In this document: piece after piece, positions 21,701-33,004 of the stretch | Layout of the letters: every line of letters begins with the position of its first letter | How positions within the stretch are numbered: position 1 is the stretch's first letter | DNA from: an uncultured Holophagales bacterium | GTDB lineage: Bacteria > Acidobacteriota > Thermoanaerobaculia > Multivoradales > UBA5704 | NCBI GenBank assembly: GCA_963842525.1 | Contig: CAWJGT010000003.1 | Span: 1,632,001 to 1,696,000, forward strand | DNA length: 64,000 bases | Direction: 5' to 3' | The notes under the pieces: model-generated | Databases searched by the model: none | What the model was told of the DNA's origin: nothing | The model's input: the letters and a program-made list of their open reading frames with translations, nothing else | Translations under genes and position numbers: made by a program

Positions 21701-23041
21701 CTTCCCGAGCTGTCCCTGGTCGTCCTCGTCGGCCCCTCCGGATGCGGAAAATCGACATTCGCGGCGCAGCATTTCAAGCCGACGGAAGTCCTGTCCTCCG
21801 ACCGCTGCCGCGCCTGGGTGTCGGACGACGAGTTGGATCAGACGGCGACAGTGGATGCTTTCGAGGTTCTGCACTTCATCGCAGGCAAACGCCTCATCCG
21901 CGGACGGCTGACGGTGGTGGATGCCACCAATGTGCAGCCGCGGGCCCGCAAGCCGCTGATCGATCTCGCCCGCCAGCATCACGTGCCGGCCGTGGCCATC
22001 GTCTTCGAGATCCCGGAGAGCGTCTGCCAGGAGCGTAACCGGGTACGCACGGACCGCAACATCGAGCCGTACGTCATCCACAACCAGCGCAATGATCTGC
22101 GCCGCTCGCTCCCGCGGCTCCAGGAGGAGGGCTTTCGTCACATCTATGTCCTCCGGTCACCGGAGGAGGTGGCGGCCGTCTCCATCGAACGCCAGCCGCT
22201 GCGGCCCAACCGGAAGCACGATCGCGGGCCTTTCGACCTGATCGGCGACATCCACGGCTGTGCCGACGAGTTGGAGGATTTGCTCGCGTCTCTCGGCTAC
22301 CTCCCGGACGGCCCCGGCGGCGTTTGGCGGCACCCGGAAGGACGCAAGGCGGTTTTCCTGGGCGATCTGGTGGACCGCGGTCCTCGTGTCCCCGCTGTGC
22401 TGCGCATCGTCATGGACATGGTCGCGGCGGGAACGGCCCTGTCCGTCCCCGGCAATCACGATTTCAAGCTCAAGCGCTACCTCCAGGGAAAGAGGGTGAC
22501 GGTCAAGCATGGGCTGGAGCAGTCGCTGGAGCAGCTCGAGGAGGAGACGCCGGATTTTCGCAACCGGGTCCGTGATTTCCTGGATGGTCTGGTGAGCCAC
22601 TATGTGCTCGACGGCGGACGGCTCGTAGCGGCGCACGCCGGGATGAAGGAGGAGATGCAGGGGCGGTCTTCCGGCCGGGTCTTCGACTTCGCCCTCTTCG
22701 GCGAGACGACCGGCGAGATGGACGAATTCGGCCTGCCGGTCCGCGCCAACTGGGCGGCCGAGTACCGCGGGTCCGCGGCAGTGGTCTATGGCCACACGCC
22801 GGTGCGCGAGCCGGAATGGCTCAACCGGACGATCAACATCGATACCGGCTGCGTCTTTGGCGGCCGGCTGACAGTGCTGCGCTGGCCCGAGCGCGAGCTG
22901 ATCTCGGTACCGGCCCGGCAGGCCTATGCCGCGCCCCGGCGGCCTTTCCTGGAAGTCCCTGAGGAGGCCCTGACGGCACAGCGCGTGGATGAGGTGCTCG
23001 ATCGGGCGCTGGAGAGCGAGCCGGTCGATCCACGGCTGTAG
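21689..23041 (+). CDS. Polynucleotide kinase-phosphatase lacking the ligase domain
   Basis: GPSGCGKST, VDATN, GDIHG, GDLVDRG, GNHD, YGHTP and DTGCVFGG motifs; ends ALESEPVDPRL. Confidence 0.88.
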   Translation: MRLTLPELSLVVLVGPSGCGKSTFAAQHFKPTEVLSSDRCRAWVSDDELDQTATVDAFEVLHFIAGKRLIRGRLTVVDATNVQPRARKPLIDLARQHHVPAVAIVFEIPESVCQERNRVRTDRNIEPYVIHNQRNDLRRSLPRLQEEGFRHIYVLRSPEEVAAVSIERQPLRPNRKHDRGPFDLIGDIHGCADELEDLLASLGYLPDGPGGVWRHPEGRKAVFLGDLVDRGPRVPAVLRIVMDMVAAGTALSVPGNHDFKLKRYLQGKRVTVKHGLEQSLEQLEEETPDFRNRVRDFLDGLVSHYVLDGGRLVAAHAGMKEEMQGRSSGRVFDFALFGETTGEMDEFGLPVRANWAAEYRGSAAVVYGHTPVREPEWLNRTINIDTGCVFGGRLTVLRWPERELISVPARQAYAAPRRPFLEVPEEALTAQRVDEVLDRALESEPVDPRL

Positions 23042-23156
23042 GGCGCCCGAGTGAACCCGGCTTCAAGCCCCATTTATGGGGCGCTGTTGCTAGCCCGGCG
23101 ATTCATCGCCGGGCCTCGGTTTCCCTCCGACCCCTTCGCGTGTCTAGACTGATGCT

Positions 23157-26100
23157 ATGAATCTCTGGAAGCATCGGTACCGCGCTGCGGCGTTCGTCGG
23201 TCTCGCTCTGGTCTCCCTCCTCGTATTCTTCGGCGGAGGGCTCGGGCCTCTGCTGCGGCCGGCCTTCGCCACTCTGGCCGGAAAGGAAACCCCTCCTGTG
23301 GATGTCGACTTGACTGCTGCCTGGAAGGAGATCGAACGCCTCATCGAGGAGGAGAAGCTGGAGGAGGCTTCGGCGGCGACGGCCAAAGTGCTGGCCGCGG
23401 CCCGCGATGCGGGCGACGCGGAGGACTGGACCCGGGCGCTCATCCAGCAGGTGCAGCTCCGCATGGCCCTCCATGGCTATGCGACCGCGGTCCGCTTCCT
23501 GCGCGAGGAGCCGTGGCCGTCCGATCCCCTCCATCGCGCGGCACTTGGCCTCTTCTACGCGCATTCGCTGGCGGGCTACTACGACGCGTATCGGTGGGAG
23601 GTCGACCAGCGCGAGCGCGTCGAGCACCCTCCGGGCGCGGTGCCCGCTCTCGAGACGTGGACGCGGGACGAGATCTTTGCCGCGGCGGTCGGCGCCTACC
23701 TGGAGGTCTGGAACGATCGCGAGCGGCTGTCGGAGATCCCGGTCTCGCGTCTGGCCCGCTACCTGGAGCCGAACGATTATCCCGAGGGCATCCGCGGCAC
23801 CCTGCGCGACGCCGTCTCCTACCTCTTCGTCGAGCTGTTGGCGAATACCGCGGCCTGGAGCCCGCAGGAGCTGTCCGAGGGGGCGGGTCTCGACCTGCGC
23901 CGCCTGCTGGCCGACGAGGTGACGGCCGATCTGGCGGATCCGGAGGTCCATCCGCAGGAGAAGCTCGCCGCGGTGCTGGCGGACCTGGAGGCATGGCACC
24001 TGGACGAGGGGAACCGGGCCGCAGCTCTGGAAGCCCGGCTGGAGCGCGTGCGCCGCCTGCGCTCCGCAGCCGCGACGGATGAGGACAGCCTTCTGCTGCG
24101 CCGCGACCTCGAAGGACGGCTTCCCGCCTTCCGCGACACCTCCTGGTGGTCCATGGGGATGGCCGAGCTGGCGGAGCTCGTCCAGGGCGAATCGAGCCCC
24201 GACCACCTGGTGCGCGCCCGCGAGATCGCTCTGGAGGGAGCCCAGGCTGCTCCGGATACTCCAGGTGCGGTCCGTTGCCGCGACCTCGTGGAATCGATCG
24301 AGGCGCCGCACTATCAGGTGCAGGGCATGCTGAGCGACGGCCTCGACCGGCGCTCGCTGCGGGTCAGCCACAAGAACCTGCCGGCCCTCCACTTCCGCGC
24401 CTTCCGGATCGATCCGGTGCGCCGTTTCGAGAAGGAGCGCGTCCAGCAGCTCTTCCAAATGCAAGACCTCGGGAGCTTCCTGCGGGGCCACCGGCCCGAC
24501 GCGGCGTGGACGACCGAGCTGCCGCCGACGCCTGATTACGAGGTCCACACCACCTACGTGGTGCCACCCATCCGAAAGCCCGGGGCCTATGTGATTGTGG
24601 CCTCGGCGCGCGAGGACTTTGCCGCCGAGAACAACCTGTGGATCGCCTCGGGCCTGTTTCTGGGCGACCTCGTCCTGGTGACGCATCACCCGGGCGGACG
24701 GGATCTGGAAGTGACCGCGCTCTCCGGCGAGACCGGCCGGCCGATTCCCGGCGCCGAGGTGCGGCTCTATGAGCGCAACTGGCAGACCGGTCCGATCCTG
24801 CGCGAGACCCGGACCACCGGCGCGGACGGCCGCGCCGTGCTGTCGCACCGGTCCCGCCAGAGCCATTTCGTGCTCGGCCTCCGCGGCGAGGACGTCGCCT
24901 TGTTCGAACGCTACCCCGCGTACGACCGTCCGGAGGACCGCGGCGAAGGGGCCTCGCTGATCTACACCGACCGCGCCATCTACAGGCCGCAGCAGAAGCT
25001 CTTCTGGAAGGTGCTCGCCTACCGCGGCCGGCGCTCGGAAGGAAAGCTTTCTGCCGCGACCGGCAGGGCGCTGACCCTGTCTCTGATCGACCCCAACGGC
25101 CAGGAGGTCGCCTCCCGGACAGTGACGACCAACGAATTCGGCACGGCGGCAGGAGATTTCGTCATCCCGCCGGGCCGACCCCTGGGTGCCTGGTCGCTGC
25201 GCAGCTCCCTTGACGGCTGGGCCCAGGTCCGTGTCGAGGAGTACAAGCGGCCGACGTTCGAGGTCGTCCTCGACGACCCGCCGGCGCCGCCCCGCCTGGG
25301 CAGCCCCTCCGCCTTCACCGGCCACGCCCGCTACTACTTCGGCCTGCCGGTGGTGAGCGGCAAGGTGCGCTGGAAGGCTACGCGCGAGCCGGTCTACCCC
25401 TGGTGGTGGTCCTGGTGGTCTTCCCCCGGCCGCGGCCAGGAAGGCCGTATCGTGGCCGGCGGCACGGCGGAGCTGGCCGAGGACGGCTCCTTCCGCATCG
25501 AATTCACGCCGCAGCCGGAGACGAAGGGCGATGCCAAGGAAATCACCTACCGCTATCGGATCGCGGCCGAGGTGACCGACGAAGGAGGAGAGACCCGCGA
25601 CGCCTCCCGCGTCTTCCGGCTCGGCCGGATCAACGTCGAGGCGGCCATCGACCGGCCGTCCGACTTCTTCCGCGCAGGCCGCCCGGCGGCGGTCACCATC
25701 GTGCGGCGGGATCTGGACGGCGTGGCGCGCCCCGGCGAAGGAGCCTGGACGCTCGTCGAGGTGCGCCAGCCGGAGCGTGCTCCATTGCCGGCCGACCTGC
25801 CGCGGACCGAGCCTGTGCCCCAGGACGCCTATCGCACGCCGGGCGACGCCCTTCGCCCACGCGAAGAGTCCTCGAGCTATGCGCCCCGCGAGGTCCTGCG
25901 GCTCTGGCCGGACGGCCGCCGGGTTTCCAGCGGCACGCTGCGGCATGGCGCGGACGGCAAGGCGGAGGTGTCCCTGCCGAAACTGGCACCCGGTGTCTAC
26001 CGGCTGCGCTACGAGACGCGCGACGACCAGGGCGCCCGGTACGAGACGTCCCAGGAGCTGATCGTGGCCGGCGAGAAAACACCTCTCGCCCTGCCGGCTG

Positions 26101-29100
26101 TTCTGGAGGTCGACCGCTCCGAAGCCCGGGTCGGCGGCACGATCCGCCTGCTGGCGGGCTCGGCCCTGCCGGAGCAGATCTCCTTCCTGGAGATCTACCG
26201 GGACGGCGACCTGATCGACCGGAGGGAGCTCGCCGGCGAAAGAGCCCTTGCGCTCATCGAGATCCCGGTCCGCGAAGCCGACCGCGGCGGTCTCGGCTTC
26301 CGTCTGGTGACCCTGCGCGACCACCAGCTCCTCACGCCTGTCGCTCAGGTCTTCGTGCCCTGGGACGACCGGGAGCTGGAGGTCCAGCTCTCAACCTTCC
26401 GCGACAAGGTCCGTCCGGGGGCGCGCGAGACCTGGACGGTGATGGTGCGCTCTCGCCAGGGAGCTGGCGCGCCGTCCGAAGCCGCCGCGGCCGAGGTCCT
26501 GGCGGCCATGGTCGACCGCAGCCTCGACCTGTTTGGGCCCTACGCTCCCCCGGACCCTCTCTCCCTCTTCCCCAACCGGACAGCCCTCGACACCGTCCAG
26601 TCCAACCTCGGCCGCCTCACGACCGTGGGCGGCGACCAGAACGATTGGGGACCGCGCCAGCAGTGGCGCGGGTTGCGTGGGGACCGGCTGCGGGGCATCG
26701 AGGGCTATGGAATCGGAGGCCCGGGCTCCCGGAGATTGAAGAAGGCCGGGGTCCAGACTCTTGGGTATGCTACGGAGCCGCAGCCGGCTCCTGCCCCCCA
26801 AGCTGCTACGCGTGAGGGATTCGCCGACGCCGTGATGGTCTCCGCCCCGGCACCGGTCCTGGACGAGCGCCGCATTTCCACCGCGTCCACCGTCAGCGGA
26901 ACCGAGGCGCCTGCGCCCCGGCTGCGGTCCGACTTCGCCGAGACCGCGTTCTGGCAGCCGCAGCTCCGCACCGGCCGGGACGGCTCGGCAGCGATCGAAT
27001 TCACCGTTCCCGACTCGGTGACCTCCTGGTGGGTCTGGGTACACGCCCTGACGCAGGACTTCCGCTCCGGCTCCGTGCGCCGGCAGGCCGAAAGCGTCCA
27101 GGAGCTGATGGTCCGTCCCTACGTGCCGCGCTTCCTGCGCGAAGGCGACCGCGCCGAGCTGGCTGTCGTCGTCAACAACGCCTCGGACGCGCCGATGCGC
27201 GGCCAGGTGGAGCTGGACATCGTCGATCCGCGCACAAACGAGAGCCTGCTCGCCGAATTCGGCCTGGGTCCTGGGGACATCCGCCGGCCCTTCTCCGCGA
27301 AGGCCACCGGCTCGGACCGCGTGACCTTTGCCATCACCGCACCGAGCCGGGTGGGGGAGGTGGCCTTCAAGGTCACGGCCTCGGCCGGCGACCTGAGCGA
27401 CGGCGAGCTGCGCCCGGTACCTGTGCTGCCGTCGCGCCTCCACCTCGCCCAGTCGCGGTTCGCGACGCTCCACGGCAAGGAGAGGCGGGAGCTGACCTTC
27501 GCCGATCTCGCCCGTAACGACGACCCGACGCGGATCGACGAGCAGCTCGTGGTCACCCTGGACGCCCAGCTCTTCTACAGCGTCCTCCAGGCCCTGCCCT
27601 ATCTGGTCGACTACCCCTACGAGTGCACCGAGCAGACCCTCAACCGGTTCCTTTCGACCGGCATCGTCGCCGGCCTCTTCGACCGCTATCCGGCGGTGGC
27701 GAAGATGGCGGCCGGGATGGCGAAGCGCGACACGCTCTTCGAGACCTGGGACTCGGCCGATCCCAACCGTAAGATGGCGCTGGAGGAGACCCCTTGGCTT
27801 CAGATGGCGCGCGGCGGCATGCAGGACGGCGAGGACCCCGGCCTGATCCGGATCCTGGACCCCCGGATCGCCCGCGCCGAGCGCGACGCCGCCCTTGCCA
27901 AGCTCGTCAAGGCGCAGCTCCCCGACGGCTCCTTCCCCTGGTGGCCGGGCGGCCCGCCATCCGACTACATGACCCTCTACATCCTCTATGGCTTCGCCAA
28001 GGCCGCCGAGATGGGCGTCGAGCTGCCGCGCGAGCCGGTGCAGAAAGGCTGGAGCTACCTCGCGCAGCGCTACCGCTCCGAGTACGCGCCGGCCATCGGC
28101 AAGCAGGACGGCTGCTGCGTCGAGACCCTGACCTTCCTCAACTACGTGGCCTCGGCCTATCCCGACCCCTCCTGGATGGGAGAGGCGCTCACGGCCGACG
28201 AGCGGAAGCGCATCCTCGACGTACAGCTTCCGCCACTGGAAGGAGCACTCCCCCTATCTGAAGGGGATGCTCGCCCTGACTCTGCGCCGCATGGGCCGGC
28301 CGGACGACGCCCGGCTGGTCTTCGACAGCGTCATGGACTCGGCGAAGACCACGCCGGACGAGGGGACCTTCTGGCTGCCCGAGGAGCGCTCCTGGCTCTG
28401 GTACAACGACACCATCGAGACCCACGCCTTCGCCCTGCGCACCCTCGCCGAGCTGCGGCCGGACGACCCGCGCCGGCACGGCCTGGTGCAGTGGCTCTTC
28501 CTCAACAAGAAGCTCAACCATTGGAAGTCGACCCGCGCCACGGCCGAGGTGCTCTACGCCCTGGTCCACTACCTGGAGAAGGAAGGCCAGCTCGGCGTCC
28601 GCGAGGCCGCCACCGTCCGGGTGGCCGGCCAGGCCACGACCTTCACCTTCGAGCCGGACCGCTACACCGGCAAGAAGAACCAGATCGTCGTGCCCGGGGA
28701 GAAGATCGATCCGCGCGACCGCCTCGACCGTCGTGGTCGAGAAGGAGACACCCGGCCTGATGTTCGCCTCGGCCACCTGGCACTTCTCGACCGAAGAGCT
28801 GCCGAAGGAAGAGAGCGGCGACCTCTTCCACGTCTCGCGGCGCTATTTCCGCCGGGTCCAGAAACAGAAAGAGATCGTCCTGGAGCCCCTGGCGGCGGGC
28901 GACGTCCTCCATCCGGGAGACGAGGTGGAGGTCCAGCTCTCGATCCGCAGCAAGGCGTCGGCGGAGTACGTCCACCTGCGCGATCCGCGGCCGGCCGGCC
29001 TGGAGCCGGGTGCCGTCGTCTCCGGCTACCGCTGGGACCTGGGGATCGCCCGGTACGAGGAGACCCGCGACAGCGGCACCAACTTCTTCTTCGAGGACCT

Positions 29101-29255
29101 GCCCGGCCGGCGAATACACCTTCAAGTACCGCCTGCGCGCCAACATGGCCGGCACCTTCCGCACCGGCCCGGCGACCCTGCAGTCGATGTACGCCCCCGA
29201 GTTCACCGCCTATTCGACGGGGACGGTGATCCGGGTGGGGGCGGGGGAGCCGTGA
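23157..29255 (+). CDS. Bacterial alpha-2-macroglobulin (frameshifts near 28220, 28720 and 29105)
   Basis: YTDRAIYRP MG2, VEEYKRPTFEV, RSDFAETAFW, YPYECTEQ thioester-type motif, QSMYAPE. Confidence 0.9.
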
Positions 29256-29416
29256 CATTGCGTGCCTCCGGAGGGCAACCGCGTGGGCCAACCTGGCCTT
29301 CCCTTCCTGAAGGCACCGAGCGTTCGCAGAAAAGCTCGGCGACGCTGGATCGCCTCTACGCGCGCCCATTGTCCATCGCTTGACCGGCAGGTCGGTGCTC
29401 CGTAGGATCGACGGGC

Positions 29417-29644
29417 ATGGATTACCACGACCGGATCGTCATCGACCCCCAGATCCGCTTTGGGAAGCCCACTGTTCGTGGGACGCGCATCACGGTCGGC
29501 GATGTCCTCTCCTACCTGGCCTCGGGGATGAGCGAAGACGAGATTCTCGCGGATTTCCCGTCGCTCGCGCGCGAGGATATCCGCGCCTGTCTCGCGTACG
29601 CCGCCGAGCGGGAGCGCATCCTCTGGAGCGTTCCCGCTGCCTGA
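29417..29644 (+). CDS. DUF433 family antitoxin
   Basis: DPQIRFGKPTVRGTRITV...EDIRACLAYA. Confidence 0.9.
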   Translation: MDYHDRIVIDPQIRFGKPTVRGTRITVGDVLSYLASGMSEDEILADFPSLAREDIRACLAYAAERERILWSVPAA

Positions 29645-29654
29645 GCTCGGCCCC

Positions 29655-29780
29655 AAGCTCCTCCTCGATGAGAACCTGGCACCGCGCCTGGCCTCCACCC
29701 TGGCCGATCTCTATCCCGGCTCGGCCCATGTGCGCTACGCGGGGCTTGAGGGCGCGCGCTCTGGGCTGATCTACGGCAAC
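29655..29780 (+). pseudogene. DUF5615 PIN-like toxin, 5' fragment
   Basis: KLLLDENLAPRL...SAHVRYAGLEG directly after DUF433, then homology is lost. Confidence 0.7.
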
Positions 29781-29893
29781 ACCTTGAAAATTCGGAGCAC
29801 CTCTCCGAGATGTCACGCCGGAACCGAGTCGTACCCGACGCTGGCTCCGCGGCTCCGCGCCGTGGCCCTGCTTTGGCGGCTATCCTGGTGCCG

Positions 29894-29934
29894 CGTCGCG
29901 GTCGAGATCGAGGCGGTGTTCGAGGTTCGCTGAG
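29894..29934 (+). repeat. Duplicate of the ridA 3' end (32961..33001)
   Basis: 39/41 nt identical, including the stop codon. Confidence 0.9.
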
Positions 29935-29939
29935 AGGTT

Positions 29940-30902
29940 TCAGCTCCAGCATCGCTCGCGTAACAAGCGGTCCTGCAGCTCTTTTAACTCGCCGGCCCCC
30001 ATGGCGGCCAGGCCCGCCTCCCGCTCCGCGTCGATCCCGATCTCAAACGCTTGGCACAGGGCTCGGATCGCTTCGCGCAGCCCCGCGGCGCGACCTTCGC
30101 GCAGCCCCGCATCATGGCCTTCGCGCAACCCCTCTTCACGCCCTTCTTCACGCCCTTCTTCGCGCCCTTGCCGTTCGGCCAGACTGAGGGCGCCGCGCGC
30201 ATCCTGCTCGGCGATCTTCGCGCGGTCGTACAGGTCGAGCTCATCTGCGCTGAAACCTGCCATGCGGGCCACCTCCAGCGCCTCGCGGTACGGCGGCACG
30301 GACAAGGCCGGTGGCACCACTGTGAGGTTTTCGGCCTCACGAAAAAGGTAGGCCCAGCAGTCGATCGTCCCCTCCGGGTCGTCGCCAGATGCGTACTTCG
30401 GCAGCTCCAGGAACACGTACTGCACCTGCGAAAGGCCCAAGGCCCCGCCATGCTGCTCCTGCATCCGCCAACGGCTCAGCAACGGCACCGGCGCGCCACC
30501 CGGCACCGGCGGCCCGGGCCAGAGCAGGAAATCGCAGATCGTCACCCCTACCACGTCGTCGAGGCCGGGGTAGCCCTCCCCGGTGCGCAGTTGCATGACG
30601 TAGGCCTTGGAGGTGTTGTAGACCACCCGCTTTTCGAATCCCTCGACGTTGAGCACCTGCATCTCGACCACGTAGTGGCGTCCGCGCTCGTCGAAGCACT
30701 TGACGTCCACCAGCGACAGCTTCAGCTCTTCGACCGGCACATGCTGCTCGGGGGAGAGGTACTTGAGGTCGACGATCCGGTGGTCTCCTTCGAGCTCCAG
30801 GAGGGCGTTGAGCAGCTCGATGAGGAGAGGTTTGTGCACCTCGCTGCCGAAGATGCGTTTGAAGACGAAGTCGGTCTTGGGATCCGCGAATACCGGCCGC
30901 AT
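29940..30902 (-). CDS. Rpn family recombination-promoting nuclease / PD-(D/E)XK protein
   Basis: DPKTDFVFKRIFG, VDVKC, VVEMQ, FLELPK and EGREEG repeats. Confidence 0.92.
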   Translation of the reverse strand: MRPVFADPKTDFVFKRIFGSEVHKPLLIELLNALLELEGDHRIVDLKYLSPEQHVPVEELKLSLVDVKCFDERGRHYVVEMQVLNVEGFEKRVVYNTSKAYVMQLRTGEGYPGLDDVVGVTICDFLLWPGPPVPGGAPVPLLSRWRMQEQHGGALGLSQVQYVFLELPKYASGDDPEGTIDCWAYLFREAENLTVVPPALSVPPYREALEVARMAGFSADELDLYDRAKIAEQDARGALSLAERQGREEGREEGREEGLREGHDAGLREGRAAGLREAIRALCQAFEIGIDAEREAGLAAMGAGELKELQDRLLRERCWS

Positions 30903-30980
30903 GGAGATATCTTACTCCAAGACAGCATCTGGCCTGCCCTATCCGCATCCCGCCCCACGAGCGGAGCCCCCCAGGCACCC

Positions 30981-31274
30981 GCCGAATACGTCCACCTGCG
31001 CGACCCGCGGCCGGCCGGCCTGGAGCCGGGCATCGTCGTCTCCGTCTACCGCTGGGAGGCGGGCGTCTTCTGGTATCAGGAAACGCGCGACAGCGCCACC
31101 AACTTCTTCGTCGAAGACCTCCCTGCCGGCGAGTACACCCTGAAGCACCGTCTGCACGCCAACATCGCCGGCGCCTTCCGCACCGGCCCGGCCACCCTGC
31201 AGTCCATGTACGCTCCCGAGCTCACCGCCTATTCGACGGGCGCGGTGATCCGGGTGGGGGAGAGGGGGCCTTGA
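30981..31274 (+). repeat. Diverged duplicate of the alpha-2-macroglobulin 3' end (28961..29255)
   Basis: AEYVHLRDPRPAGLEPG...QSMYAPE...VIRVG in both copies. Confidence 0.92.
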
Positions 31275-31275
31275 T

Positions 31276-31319
31276 TTTACTCAGTGCCCTGAGTAAATTT
31301 ACTCAGTGTCTTGAGTAAA
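31276..31319. promoter_or_regulatory. Tandem palindromic operator-like sites
   Basis: TTTACTCA-N6-TGAGTAAA twice, back to back, 6 nt before the ATG. Confidence 0.65.
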
Positions 31320-31325
31320 TCGTCG

Positions 31326-32522
31326 ATGGAGTTCACTCGTCCCCAAGCCGCCGTTCTCGCCCGTCGACTCGCGGAGCCGCGGCGGCTCATCCAGGCCGTC
31401 ACGGGGCCGCGCCAGGTGGGAAAGACCACTCTGGTCGTGCAGGTCGCCGAGGCTTCCGGCCTCCCGATGCGCTTTGCCAGCGCCGATGAGCCTACCCTTC
31501 GCGAGCGTTCGTGGATCGAGCAGCAGTGGGAGGCCGCTCGCCTTCTGGCGCTGGATGCCGGTGAAGAGGGCGCGGTGCTCATCCTCGATGAGATCCAGAA
31601 GATGCCCGGCTGGTCGGAGTCGGTGAAGCGCTTGTGGGACGAAGACACGCGGGCCCGCTGCTCGCTCAGGGTGGTCGTGCTCGGCTCCGCGCCCCTTCTA
31701 GTCCAGGTGGGGCTGACCGAGACCCTTGCCGGCCGCTTCGAGACCCTGCGACTGCCTCACTGGTCGTTCCCTGAGATGCGCGAGGCGTTCGGTTGGTCAT
31801 TAGATCAGTATCTCTTTTTTGGCGGCTATCCGGGCGCCGCTCCGCTGATCGGCGAGCCCGAGCGCTGGGCTCGTTACGTGCTCGATTCACTCATCGAGAC
31901 GACGATTTCCCGCGATGTCCTGCTGCTGTCGCGCGTCGACAAACCGGCCCTCCTGCGCAGGCTTTTCGAGCTCGGATGCCGCTACTCCGGGCAGATCCTG
32001 TCGTATACCAAAATGTTGGGTCAGCTCCAGGATGCCGGAAACACCGTCACCCTGGCTCATTATCTGGAGCTATTGGCTGGCGCGGGGATGCTCACAGGTC
32101 TTCAGAAATACGCGGCGAAGGCGGTGCGCCAGCGTGGGTCCAGCCCCAAGCTGCAGGTGTTGAACACCGCCCTGATGACCTCTCAGATGGGGCTCACGCC
32201 GCAAGAGGCCCGCGCCGACCGCGAGCTCTGGGGGCGGCTTGTGGAGTCCGCCGTTGGAGCACATCTGGCCAACGCTGCCGCGGTCGGCGAGTGCGAGCTG
32301 TTCTACTGGCGCGATCACAACCGGGAGGTCGATTTCGTCGTCCGATCCGGCCGTCACCTGACCGCCATCGAGGTCAAGAGCGGGTGGTCCCGGGATACGC
32401 TGCCCGGAATGGCGGCTTTCGCAGAAGCTTTCAGACCGCAACGCAAGCTCCTCGTAGGCGGCGACGGCATCCCCGTCGGCGAATTTCTTGGCCGGCCGGT
32501 CGCGTATTGGGTGAAGGGGTAA
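31326..32522 (+). CDS. AAA+ ATPase with DUF4143 / C-terminal nuclease-like domain
   Basis: GPRQVGKTT, LDEIQK, GGYPG and EVDFV...IEVKSG motifs. Confidence 0.88.
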   Translation: MEFTRPQAAVLARRLAEPRRLIQAVTGPRQVGKTTLVVQVAEASGLPMRFASADEPTLRERSWIEQQWEAARLLALDAGEEGAVLILDEIQKMPGWSESVKRLWDEDTRARCSLRVVVLGSAPLLVQVGLTETLAGRFETLRLPHWSFPEMREAFGWSLDQYLFFGGYPGAAPLIGEPERWARYVLDSLIETTISRDVLLLSRVDKPALLRRLFELGCRYSGQILSYTKMLGQLQDAGNTVTLAHYLELLAGAGMLTGLQKYAAKAVRQRGSSPKLQVLNTALMTSQMGLTPQEARADRELWGRLVESAVGAHLANAAAVGECELFYWRDHNREVDFVVRSGRHLTAIEVKSGWSRDTLPGMAAFAEAFRPQRKLLVGGDGIPVGEFLGRPVAYWVKG

Positions 32523-32532
32523 GGACACGCAG

Positions 32533-33000
32533 ATGCCCAACCGAATCGACGTTCACCTGAAATCGCTCGGCATCGAGCTGCCGACGCCGAGCGCGCCCGG
32601 TGCCAACTATGTGCCCTTCGTTCGGACCGGGGATCTCATCTTCCTCACAGGGCAGCTCTCGCAGTGGAACGGCGAGCGGCGCTTCATTGGAAAGCTCGGC
32701 CGGGAGTTCGGGATCGAGGAGGGCCAGCAGGCCGCGCGGCTCTGTGCGCTCAACCTGCTCGCGCACCTGCGCGCGGCGCTCGACGGCGACCTGGACCGCG
32801 TTGTCCGCTGCGTCCGGATCGCCGGCTTCGTCAACTCCATGCCCGACTTCGTGGCGCAGTCACAGGTGATCAATGGAGCGTCCGACCTCTTCGTGGAGAT
32901 CCTGGGCGAGGCCGGGCGGCATGCCCGCATGGCGGTCGGTGTGAGCGCGCTGCCCTACGACGTGGCGGTCGAGGTCGAGGCGGTGTTCGAGGTTCGCTGA
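32533..33000 (+). CDS. RidA/YjgF family protein
   Basis: ANYVP, GQL, NGASDL, HAR-x-AVGV-x-x-LP, VEVE. Confidence 0.92.
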   Translation: MPNRIDVHLKSLGIELPTPSAPGANYVPFVRTGDLIFLTGQLSQWNGERRFIGKLGREFGIEEGQQAARLCALNLLAHLRAALDGDLDRVVRCVRIAGFVNSMPDFVAQSQVINGASDLFVEILGEAGRHARMAVGVSALPYDVAVEVEAVFEVR

Positions 33001-33004
33001 GCCG

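Noticed and set aside
23103-26324. 1073-aa antisense ORF and many similar long overlapping ORFs
   Set aside because: Shadow ORFs of high-GC genes with no recognisable motifs
102-29255. Repeated frameshifts (oxidoreductase, NLR, nucleotidyltransferase, alpha-2-macroglobulin) as programmed frameshifting or pseudogenisation
   Set aside because: Single-base shifts without obvious slippery sites in otherwise undegraded genes; most simply explained as long-read indel errors; needs a read check
29730-29933. PIN toxin-RidA fusion protein
   Set aside because: Chance in-frame join of two fragments with no proper start
30100-30175. 12-nt tandem repeats as a regulatory array
   Set aside because: They encode the usual EGREEG repeats of Rpn proteins
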